Program-made: the position numbers and the translations under genes
The notes under the pieces: generated by a model
What the model saw: only the letters and a program-made list of their open reading frames with translations
What the model was told of the DNA's origin: nothing
Databases searched by the model: none
Shown here: positions 50,369 through 59,771 of the stretch, piece after piece
How the letters are laid out: every line of letters begins with the position of its first letter
Numbering within the stretch: the first letter of the stretch is position 1
Origin: Salinispira sp.
Lineage (GTDB): Bacteria; Spirochaetota; Spirochaetia; DSM-27196; Salinispiraceae
Assembly (NCBI GenBank): GCA_965226555.1
Contig: CBDDDG010000014.1
Location: 201,236-265,235 of the forward strand
Reading direction: 5' to 3'
Length of the DNA: 64,000 bases

Positions 50369-51399
50369 TGGTGATGGTGATGCAGGAAGAAGCGTTTATC
50401 CGAATCCAGAATGTTTCACGGAGCTTTGCCGGGTATTCCGCGGTTGATGCAGTGAATCTGCGCCTGCCGAAGGGTATAATTCATGCCCTCACGGGTGAAT
50501 CGGGTTCGGGAAAAACCACGCTGCTCCGGCTTATTGCGGGTTTTGAAATTCCCGATTCCGGTTCCATAACAGTTGGGGAACGCATTCTCACCGATCAGGC
50601 AAGGGGAATTATGCTTTTACCGGAAAAGCGGCAGGTCGGCATGGTTTTTCAGGAAAATAACCTCTTTCCTCATCTCACGGTGGCGCAGAACATTGCCTAT
50701 GGAGTGGAGAAGCGGCACCGCAGGGCACGCGTGGAAAAACTCCTGAATCTTGTGCATCTTGAGCCCTACGCAGGGAGATATCCGCATCAAATATCTGGAG
50801 GACAGGCGCAAAGAGTCGCTCTCGCCCGCGCCCTTGCGCCGGAACCCGACCTTCTGCTCATGGATGAACCCTTCAGCAGCCTCGATCATCGGTTGAAAAC
50901 CCATCTCCTGCCGGAAATTAAACGAACTATTCAGACAGTTGGAATAACGACCATCTTTGTCAGCCACGATAGAAACGAGGTCTTCGATCTTGCGGATGAG
51001 ATCAGTGTTATGCGGGACGGCGCAATAGTGCAGAGCGGCAAGCCCCGGCAGCTTTATGAGCGGCCGGTAAGCTGCTATGTGGCAGATTTTCTCGGTGAGG
51101 CAAATTTTCTTCATGGACAGGACGATACTCTCATGATTCGTCCCGAACACATTTACATCGGGCAGCTCTCATCGGAGGGAGGGCAATCTATCAGTTCGGC
51201 GGCGCGGATTATCGAATGTTATTATCGTGGAAACTATCATGAATATTGGGCTGAAGCTGAATTTCCCGATCTGAACATACAAACACCCCTCATACTTCAA
51301 ATTCGCCATAACCAGAACATGGGAAGTGAGAATTTGAAGGTCGGCGACAACTGCCTCATTAGTTTTTACCGTGAAAACCTGCTCTCCTTAAAAAAATAA
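50365..51399 (+). CDS. fbpC: Fe3+ ABC transporter ATPase
   Basis: GESGSGKTT, SGGQAQR and MDEPFS motifs; ATGA-coupled. Confidence 0.9.
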   Translation: MMVMVMQEEAFIRIQNVSRSFAGYSAVDAVNLRLPKGIIHALTGESGSGKTTLLRLIAGFEIPDSGSITVGERILTDQARGIMLLPEKRQVGMVFQENNLFPHLTVAQNIAYGVEKRHRRARVEKLLNLVHLEPYAGRYPHQISGGQAQRVALARALAPEPDLLLMDEPFSSLDHRLKTHLLPEIKRTIQTVGITTIFVSHDRNEVFDLADEISVMRDGAIVQSGKPRQLYERPVSCYVADFLGEANFLHGQDDTLMIRPEHIYIGQLSSEGGQSISSAARIIECYYRGNYHEYWAEAEFPDLNIQTPLILQIRHNQNMGSENLKVGDNCLISFYRENLLSLKK

Positions 51400-51501
51400 T
51401 TTTCTCCGCACACTTTCTAAAAGTTTTTGTACTTTTTTCGTGCAATTTTTTAAATATGAACCATACTCTTTAGTAGAAAAAATCTCTAAAAGGAGTAATG
51501 T

Positions 51502-53088
51502 ATGAAAACTTTGAACGAAGGAGAAAACAGGAAACGCTCTCTACGGAAGTGTTTCGTATTATATGCGCTCATGGGGTTTTTTATCGCAGGGCTACTTCTC
51601 ACAACCTGCGATATGTATGACGCCAACGGCTTTAATGACGCCGGCATTCATCAGGAGACCGGCACGAAATACAACCCCGAAGGCTATGACAAAGCCGGCT
51701 ACGACTCGAATGGTTATAACAAAGACGGCTACGACTCGAATGGCTATAATAAAGATGGCTACAATGCGAATGGCTATGACGAAGCCGGGTACGATGCGAA
51801 TGGCTATAACAAAGACGGCTACAATGCGAATGGCTATAACAAAGACGGCTACAATGCGAATGGCTATAACAAAGACGGCTACAATGCGAATGGCTATAAC
51901 AAAGATGGCTACAATGCGAATGGCTATAACAAAGACGGCTACAATGCGAATGGCTATAACAAAGACGGCTACAATGCGAATGGCTATAACAAAGATGGCT
52001 ACAATGCGAATGGCTTTAACAAAGATGGCTACAATGCCTACGGCTTTAACACTGCAGGCATTCACCGCGACACCGGCACGAAATACAACCCCGAAGGCTA
52101 TGACACAGCCGGCTACAACTCGGATGGCTTTAACGCCTCCGGCATGCACCGCGACACCGACACCCTTTTCGACCCGCAGGGCTTTAACGCCGCAGGCAAT
52201 CACCGCGACACCAACACCCCTTTTGACCCACAGGGCTTTAACAAATACGGATACGATGGGGTAGCATACACCAAGGGCCGCGGCTATGAAATCTATGACT
52301 GGGCTCGCATCAGCATTGGGCATCATAAAAACGATTTCACCACGCTTGCCGCCGCCCAAAACACGAACCCCATTGGCATCTGGTCGGACGGAACAACAAT
52401 GTGGGTGGCAGACGATACCGACAACAAAATTTACGCCTACAACATGGCGAGCAAAGCCCACGACCCCAGTAAAGATTTTAACACCCTTCATGCCGCCGAA
52501 AACCGCACCCCTTACGGCCTCTGGTCGGACGGAACAACAATGTGGGTGACCGACTATGACAAGAACAAACTCTACGCCTACAAAATGACACCCGAATCGG
52601 AGTTCGGAACGCGGGACGCGTCAAAAGATTTCGACACGCTCAATGACGCCGGAAACAAGGAACCTTCAGGCCTCTGGTCGGATGGAACAACAATGTGGGT
52701 GGCAGATGATGTGCAAGACAAAATTTACGCCTATAACATAAACAGCAAAGCCCACGACCCCAGTAAAGATTTTAACACCCTTCATGCCGCCGAGAATCGT
52801 ACCCCCTACGGACTCTGGTCGGACGGAACAACAATGTGGGTTGTGGATGAAGATCAGTACAAAATCTATGCCTATAACATAATCAGCAAAGCCCGCGATC
52901 CCGATAAGGATTTCAGCCTGCTTTCTACTACCCTGAATCTCCACCCCGAAGGCATCTGGTCAGACGGAACAACAATGTGGGTGTCGGACTGGTGGGACTA
53001 CACAATTTATGCCTACGACATGGACACCCGCGTCCGTCCCTCATGGTGCCGACTAACGCAAGGCGCTGGTACGGGCTGCGCGGACTGA
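51502..53088 (+). CDS. Lipoprotein with long GYNKD/GYNAN repeats and a WSDGTTMWV beta-propeller
   Basis: Lipobox LTTC; 30-bp tandem array at about 51700-52040; five WSDGTTMWV blades. Confidence 0.85.
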   Translation: MKTLNEGENRKRSLRKCFVLYALMGFFIAGLLLTTCDMYDANGFNDAGIHQETGTKYNPEGYDKAGYDSNGYNKDGYDSNGYNKDGYNANGYDEAGYDANGYNKDGYNANGYNKDGYNANGYNKDGYNANGYNKDGYNANGYNKDGYNANGYNKDGYNANGYNKDGYNANGFNKDGYNAYGFNTAGIHRDTGTKYNPEGYDTAGYNSDGFNASGMHRDTDTLFDPQGFNAAGNHRDTNTPFDPQGFNKYGYDGVAYTKGRGYEIYDWARISIGHHKNDFTTLAAAQNTNPIGIWSDGTTMWVADDTDNKIYAYNMASKAHDPSKDFNTLHAAENRTPYGLWSDGTTMWVTDYDKNKLYAYKMTPESEFGTRDASKDFDTLNDAGNKEPSGLWSDGTTMWVADDVQDKIYAYNINSKAHDPSKDFNTLHAAENRTPYGLWSDGTTMWVVDEDQYKIYAYNIISKARDPDKDFSLLSTTLNLHPEGIWSDGTTMWVSDWWDYTIYAYDMDTRVRPSWCRLTQGAGTGCAD

Positions 53089-53206
53089 GCTGACCCCGTC
53101 ATTGTCCTATCCCGCATTTCTCACGAACTGATGTTTGCAGAGAAATGCGGGTTAAATGGTAAGCGTGAAATTTTTTGCTTTCTATGCAAAAGTTTCCGTT
53201 AGTACT

Positions 53207-53482
53207 CAGAACTTCCCCAACAAATTTTTTGACGGGGTTTTGACAGAATAATGGAGGGAGATTTTGCCCTTGAGCAGTAAGTATGTGGCGGGAATACCGG
53301 GCGCATAGACCACCCCCCACCGCAGGTGCGCAGCTTCCCGCGCAGCAGGCAGCGTGAGCTCAACATCACTCGTAATTACCCAGAACGTCTCCTTCCCTTC
53401 AGTGACCCGCAGCACCAACACCGGCACACCATGCCATTCGTCAGGCACTGCCTCAATCTGGTAACTCGTTGATCGTCGATAA
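53207..53482 (-). mobile_element. Internally deleted remnant of the 46017-47482 IS
   Basis: Matches 46017-46135 joined to 46485-46649. Confidence 0.8.
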
Positions 53483-53558
53483 TAGGCAATATCCTCTCAC
53501 TTATCCATATCCAACTGATTATACTGTCTGTGCACCACCTTTTTGTCCTCCTCGTAGT

Positions 53559-54075
53559 GGTCTTTCCATGCGAACTATAAAATGTGAGTGGGAGGTTCCA
53601 TTCCTTTTTTCCATGGTAAAGCAGAAGTATATAGATAGCATCATTTCCATTGTACACATTGCTGTTTCTGAGGGCATATTACAGAAACTTTTGCTACTGG
53701 AAATTGTGCTCTGCACAATTTTCCAATGCAAAAGTTTCAAATTCGGAATGCTTTCTTTGTGCTTAGCATTCTCCTATTTCATAGAAAGTTTTGCCTGTGG
53801 CAAAACTTTGTGATAATTATCGATCTGTGTGAGAACGTGTTTGTGCAGGTAGCTTTTGTGTTCAGTAATAAAAAGAGCCTTCCGATCGGGGTCTGACAGG
53901 AAGGGGGCACTGACAACGAGATCGCAGTGAAGGTTCTTTTTTCCTGCAATGTAGCTGGGGGGTTCAATGCGGATTTTGTCCATGTCCAGCTTGGTAAGCG
54001 TTGTATCCTCACAGAACAGCCGCAGCAGGTCGGGAATCAGCCGGGGGGTTCTGTAGTAGGCGATCTTGAAGGCTA
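53559..54075 (-). pseudogene. Rpn (type B) fragment with a 133-bp P-element insertion
   Basis: Near-copy of 1389-1772, interrupted at 53678-53810. Confidence 0.85.
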
Positions 54076-54570
54076 TGTCTTTGAAAGAACGTTGTGTTTT
54101 TTTTCAGGGATAGGGGAAGGAGGGATGAGTGGGCAGGAATGGGGTGAGCGTATGGTTGAATTCGCCCTGTATTATAGGGTGTATTGACGCACGCTCCCGG
54201 GAACAATGCTCCGCGCGAGGTCCTTGTTGAAGTATGAGTATATGAAGTCCCGGAATATCCGGGGATTTTCAAAAGCATATTTCCAGCGTGTACCATGCCG
54301 ATATATTTTTTGCTCATACTATATAGACGGGTTACATATGAATGGTGAATATGAGAAAGTTTTTGAAAAAAGTTTCTATTATTTTGGGATATTACTGTTT
54401 GATCAGCCCGGACGCATGGCGAGCCGGATGCCCGGGCGAGCAGCGCTGAAGCGCGACCAGCCTAGGATGCGCAGCTTCCGACCAGCAAATAGTTTTTTTG
54501 CCTCATTCTTGGTTATCTTACCAGAAAATATCTTTATTATCCACTATGAGCGCAGGCCGAGCAACACCAA

Positions 54571-55403
54571 TTAATGCGATCCGTTCCGCAATGTCCGCAT
54601 TTCCTCATCGCTCAGCCCGGTAATCCTCTGAACAGCCTCTGTCGACAAGCCTTCCAAAAACATACTGCGGGCCGTTTCTCGAATGCCTTCTTCACGACCT
54701 TCCTGTCGTCCTGTCTGAAGTCCTTCTTCACGGCCTTCCTGCCGACCCATTTCTGCAATGCGCGCTCTGAATGTTTCCGCATTCATTCTGAACATTTTCG
54801 CTACCTCCTTACCTCTCGGTTCTTTTGTTCTTTCTAACTGGTTCATTAGCGTGTCAAAGTCTATAACAATTCCGAACATCGAATCTACCACGCCGATAAA
54901 TTCCTTTATCAGCTCCAGCGATTCTTCATTCAGCATTTCTGCTATCGCGTTCTCCACCTTCTGAATGTCCCAATCCGTATTCAGCAGATTTTTCGAGTAC
55001 AGATCAAGGTACATAACAGCCGCAAACATTCTTCCCCGCTGCTGTAGCTGCTCCGCAGAATAATCGCTCTCACTAATAAGATCATAAGGAAAGGGAGCAA
55101 GATACTGCGGGAATTTCCGCTTCCGTTGCTTTCTGACATTCCCCGGCACCTTCCATTTTCTCGTGCCATTATAGAACACAATGGGAAGAAATATCAACTC
55201 GCAGTCATCGGGAATTGCGCCGGAGCGGTGAATGTTCCGGTAGAGCAAATTCGTATACTCCGACATGCGGAGGGGCATGTCTTTGTCCATGCGCCTCCGA
55301 CAAAGCGTTGAAGAAATTGGAGCATTATTGCGGGTTGGAACAGCAGGGAGCGGTATCCTTGGTCGTAGGGAACGGGTGCGGGTTTTTCTTTGAAATCGAT
55401 CAT
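54571..55403 (-). pseudogene. Copy of the 43278 Rpn gene with a 160-bp deletion
   Basis: Near-identical to 43278..44342 except for loss of 43397-43556 at TGGAC microhomology and fewer GxQEG repeats. Confidence 0.9.
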
Positions 55404-55749
55404 ATAATTCCTCCTGAACGAAACTTTTGCTACTGGAAATTGTGCAAGCACAATTTTCCAATTCAAAAGTTTCTGAACGTTTCTTTCTGAATAGGGGAGC
55501 TCCCATGGCGACATGGTCCCATGGTGAATTCTCCCTTATATATCTATAACGGGTAAAAAGTCATTCTTGACTATGTTTTTTGAGAAAATTTGAAAGAATT
55601 TTGCAAAATGTGTGAATTTTTTTCGGGGGATGGGGGAATGCGGGGCTGGTATGCTCTGTGTCGATATGATTGTTTCCCATACCACATAAACAGGGTATGC
55701 GCGCATGGTGGATGATGTAATGAGAAAATTTTATAAAAGTTTCTATGAA

Positions 55750-56568
55750 TTAAAATGTCTGCGGTTTAAAGTCTTCGGCGTTGATAATGGAGGCACTGGA
55801 ACCCGTGGCTTTGATGACAAAGAGCTTCTTTTTTTGAGCGTATTTATCGGCCGATCCAACAACATTTATGTAGGCAACACCCCCGTAAATAATATCGTTT
55901 TGAAAGCGGGGCATGGCTGTTCGAAATAGTTTCATGCTCTTGAGAAAGTGATCCACATCTTCTACCCTGAGAGTGGTTTTAACTTCAATTACCACCGTTT
56001 CATTGCCGTTGCAGGCAATGAGATCAAACTCGGCAAGCGGTTTTCCCGGAACTTCTATATATTCTCTTCTAACCAAAGTTTTGTCTACGGTAATTCCTCT
56101 CATCTTGAGCAACTTTACCAAGTCGCCCTCCACAAGGCTCTCTATGAGCTTGCCCCACTGGGAGGTAAAGAGTTCATCGAGCTTTTTTAGCCTGCGGTCG
56201 GTTTCCTTCTCTCGACGCCGAGACTCCTTCTCTCGACGCCGAGACTCCAGTCGGGACTCTTCCATTCGGCGGTCGGTTTCCTTCATTCGACGGTCGGTTT
56301 CCTTCATTTGGAGGTCAAGTTCCTTCCCTCGACGCTCAGCCTCCTTCTCTCGACGCTCAGCCTCCTTCTCTCGACGCTTAGCCTCTTGTCTGTCTTTTTC
56401 CATTCGAAGGTCAAGTTCCTTCCCTCGACGCTTAGCCTCTTGTCTGTCCTCTTCCATTCGACGGTCAATTTCCTTCCCTCGACGCTCAGCCTCCTTGTGG
56501 GACTCCCTTTGGGCCTCTGCCGTTTCTGCCAACATGTCTTTAATTTCTTGTACGGTTAGTTCTGCCAT
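55750..56568 (-). CDS. Coiled-coil repeat protein with a C-terminal PD-(D/E)XK-like domain (DUF3782-like)
   Basis: KETDRR/EAERR repeats; WGKLIE, EFDLI and IEVKT motifs; SD AGGAG. Confidence 0.8.
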   Translation of the reverse strand: MAELTVQEIKDMLAETAEAQRESHKEAERRGKEIDRRMEEDRQEAKRRGKELDLRMEKDRQEAKRREKEAERREKEAERRGKELDLQMKETDRRMKETDRRMEESRLESRRREKESRRREKETDRRLKKLDELFTSQWGKLIESLVEGDLVKLLKMRGITVDKTLVRREYIEVPGKPLAEFDLIACNGNETVVIEVKTTLRVEDVDHFLKSMKLFRTAMPRFQNDIIYGGVAYINVVGSADKYAQKKKLFVIKATGSSASIINAEDFKPQTF

Positions 56569-56757
56569 TGTCTGTCTCCTCTCATGTATAATAGCCTTTT
56601 CCGGTACTGAAATCAACTGGCAGACATTCTGCCGAAAACCCTGCCAAAGCCTCCGACCAGCCCCCGTCTCAGCAACAGCCGCATAGGCGACCAGCCGTCT
56701 TATCGAAAAAAGGCAGGAGCGGAGAACCCGCGCCTGCCTGAGTTGAATTGCAACTTC

Positions 56758-58441
56758 TCAATAGGCAATAATCTCCTTATACCATGATGGATAATTCGGT
56801 TGCTCCCCGCTATCATCATCATCAACCGCATTCGCATCCAAACCGGAATCTGAAAACATACCGGAGACTTTTACTCTATATTCATCATCTGTTGCATCGG
56901 TGTTACCCATATCATTTATGCCGCCATTGGCAACCGTCCAATGATCTTTCCATTCCTCAAGATCGACATTGAATGCGCTTGCATCCTTGAACATACTTTG
57001 CATATCCGTTACCGAACTGACATCCCAGCCGGAGATATCGCTATTGAATGCGCTTGCATCCTTGAACATACTTTGCATATCCGTTACCGAACTGACATCC
57101 CAGCCGGAAATATCGCTATTAAATACGCTTGCTCCAGAGAGCACAAGGGTCATATTCGTTACCGAACTGACATCCCAGCCGGAAATATCACCATTGAATG
57201 CGGCTGCGCTAACAAGTATTCTGGTCATATCCGTTACCGAACTGACATCCCAGCCGGAAATATCGCCATTGAATGTGGCATTGGAATTGAAAATGTCGGA
57301 CATATCCGTTACTGCGGTGGTAATAATGTAGTTGAAATCGGCAGTATCTCCCCAGTTTGATATCCCCGTAGTTACCGCTGTTTTCAGTTCAGCGTTAGTT
57401 GTTGGACTCTCAGTAACGTAGAAATATTCGGCAAAGAGTATGTCGCCATTTTCTGTTTTGCCATATATCAGATATTTTCCTGCTGTTGTACTTGCGGTAA
57501 CCGTAACAATTCCAGTATTCGCATCAACTGTCGGAATGGTGACTCCTGCGGGCGGAGTTACGGTGCTTACCGTAATGTCTCCTCCATTGACCGCGTGAGT
57601 ACCCATGGTCAATAAAATGCTGAGGTTCTCATTGGCAATACCGGCAGTATTAATGGCATTATCGGCAGCCAAAATTCTTATAGAATTTTCATCCTCTGTA
57701 GGAGTCCCTATCCGAGAAAATGATATCGGCGATCCCAGCGCGGGGGCAGACCAGGGTCCAGCGCCCTCCGCGTTGATGGCGCGCGCATGCACTTGGTAGA
57801 GAGCACCGTTTGTCAGGTTTGTCATGGCGTAGGTGTGGTCTGTGCCGGTGAAGCCGGAAGCAGCCGTCCATGCGGTTACGCCGACTTCGCGATATATCAG
57901 CTCATACCCGGTAATTTCGCTCCCGTTATCGTCCGGCGCAGACCATCTCGCAACGATCCGCTCAGTTCCCGCATAAAGGGTTGGAGCAGCCATGGTACCC
58001 GGCGCGGCAGGGGGTACAGTTGGCGCAATGAGTGTTGCCGTGGAAGATGCCGACCACGTACCCGCACCCCCAGCGTTGACGGCGCGTACCTGCACAGCAT
58101 ACCTCATGCCGTTTGTCAGGTCGGTAATGGTATGGCTTGTGCCGGTAATACCAAAGGTAATCTCCGTCCAGCTTCCGCTGCCATCTTCACTGTAACGGAG
58201 ATTATACGCGGTAATTGCGTTTTTGCCATCCTTGTCGTCTACCGCATTCCATATAGCGGCGAGCTCAGCCCATGAGGCTGTAAGCTGTCCGTCTCCTGCC
58301 GTAAGGGCTGGCGCAAACATGGTCGGCGGCGCGTCCGGCATGGGACATCCGGCAAGCAGCCCAATAAGTAAAGAACAAACCGTAAAGGCAAAAACAATTT
58401 TTTGGTAAACGGCTGAAATCAAAATTAATTTTAATTTTCAT
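56758..58441 (-). CDS. Lipoprotein with two FN3 domains and DUF285 repeats; signal peptide out of frame at an A6 tract
   Basis: Paralog of 40790; lipobox LAGC; the AGGAGG-led ATG at 58441 is one base out of frame. Confidence 0.8.
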
Positions 58442-58537
58442 GATAATTCCTCCTGAAAGTTCATGATAGAACTTTCTTTTTGAATAATTCATTATACCTG
58501 CCGGTAGTCTTTTCTACAAGCAGAGATCGTTGCGCGT

Positions 58538-58600
58538 CAGAACTTCCCCAACAAATTTTTTCAGACCATTGCAGGAACTCTCATTCACATTCATGATCCG
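58538..58600. mobile_element. Solo end of the 46017-47482 IS family
   Basis: Matches the reverse complement of 47420-47482. Confidence 0.75.
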
Positions 58601-58784
58601 CAATCATCAACACATCACAGAATTTCTGAGTATTTTACCTAATGAAAAGCTTTATGTCAATCAAAAATTTCACTCTTTGCGAATTCAACCATACGCGCGC
58701 CGCCTTTATGCCATTGTGTGAAAATGCGCGGACGCGTATACTGTCATAAAGTTTTGCGCGCGCAAAAATATCAGAAAGAAAAAT

Positions 58785-59768
58785 ATGACATTCGAGGCAG
58801 ATATGATAATTACCGTAGACCTTGGCGGCACAAAGATGCTTACCGCTCTTTTGGACAATGACTTCACTATTCACCTGCGCATAAAGACTGAAACACCCCG
58901 GACAACAGACGGTAATGATATTCTTGCATTAATAATGGATTCAATGAGCACTATTATCCGGCAGCATTCCTGCAGCATGAGCGATATTGAAGGCATCGCT
59001 GTTTCCGTACCGTCACCGGTAGATTACCGCAGCGGAATTGTTATTACGACCTCAAACATCGGCTTCAAAAACTATCCGCTGCGCGACAGGCTTCATGAAC
59101 TGAGCGGAGTTCCGGTGCTTGTTGAGAACGATGTAAATGCGGGTATTTATGGTGAATATCAGTTGGGTTCGGGGCGGGGGAAACAGCACATAATCGGTAT
59201 GTATCTGGGAACGGGAATTGGCGGGGGGCTGATACTCGGCGGTGAACTCTACCGGGGAGCCTTCGGAGGAGCCGGTGAAATTGGGCACATGAATGTTCAG
59301 CCCGCAGGGCGTTTATGCGGATGCGGCCGTTACGGCTGTCTGGAGACGCTGGCATCGAAAACCGCTCTGGCAAAGGATCTCGTTCAGCTTGCGGACATCG
59401 GAAAATCGCCAACGACTCTCGCTGCAGTGGGTACCGACTACACCCGCGTAAAAAGCAGTCATATTCTGAAGGCAATGCAGGCAGGGGAGCTGGAGGTCAT
59501 TGAACTTGTTAACCGCGCAGCAGAGTTTCTCGGCGTCGGCATGGCGAATTGTGTGAATATATTCAATCCGGAACGGATTATTCTCGGCGGCGGGCTCGTT
59601 GAGAAACTCGGAAAAACCTTTGTGCGGCGCGCCGAACGCTCAATGCGCGCGCATGCCATGCCTCTGTTGCTGAAGGATGTCGATGTACGGATCAGCGAGC
59701 TCGGCGATGATACTGTTATTCTGGGTTCCGCCCTTCTTCTCCGGCTCATGACGGAAACAGGGCGGTAA
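58785..59768 (+). CDS. ROK-family sugar kinase
   Basis: DLGGTK, ENDVN, GTGIGGG, GEIGH and CGCGRYGCLE motifs. Confidence 0.93.
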   Translation: MTFEADMIITVDLGGTKMLTALLDNDFTIHLRIKTETPRTTDGNDILALIMDSMSTIIRQHSCSMSDIEGIAVSVPSPVDYRSGIVITTSNIGFKNYPLRDRLHELSGVPVLVENDVNAGIYGEYQLGSGRGKQHIIGMYLGTGIGGGLILGGELYRGAFGGAGEIGHMNVQPAGRLCGCGRYGCLETLASKTALAKDLVQLADIGKSPTTLAAVGTDYTRVKSSHILKAMQAGELEVIELVNRAAEFLGVGMANCVNIFNPERIILGGGLVEKLGKTFVRRAERSMRAHAMPLLLKDVDVRISELGDDTVILGSALLLRLMTETGR

Positions 59769-59771
59769 GAC

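Noticed and set aside
40790..58441. Diversity-generating retroelement acting on the lipoprotein paralogs
   Set aside because: No RT in the window, and the differences between copies are not visibly adenine-specific
47482..58600. Composite transposon formed by the IS ends at 47482, 53207 and 58538
   Set aside because: The ends are not in facing orientation and share no TSD
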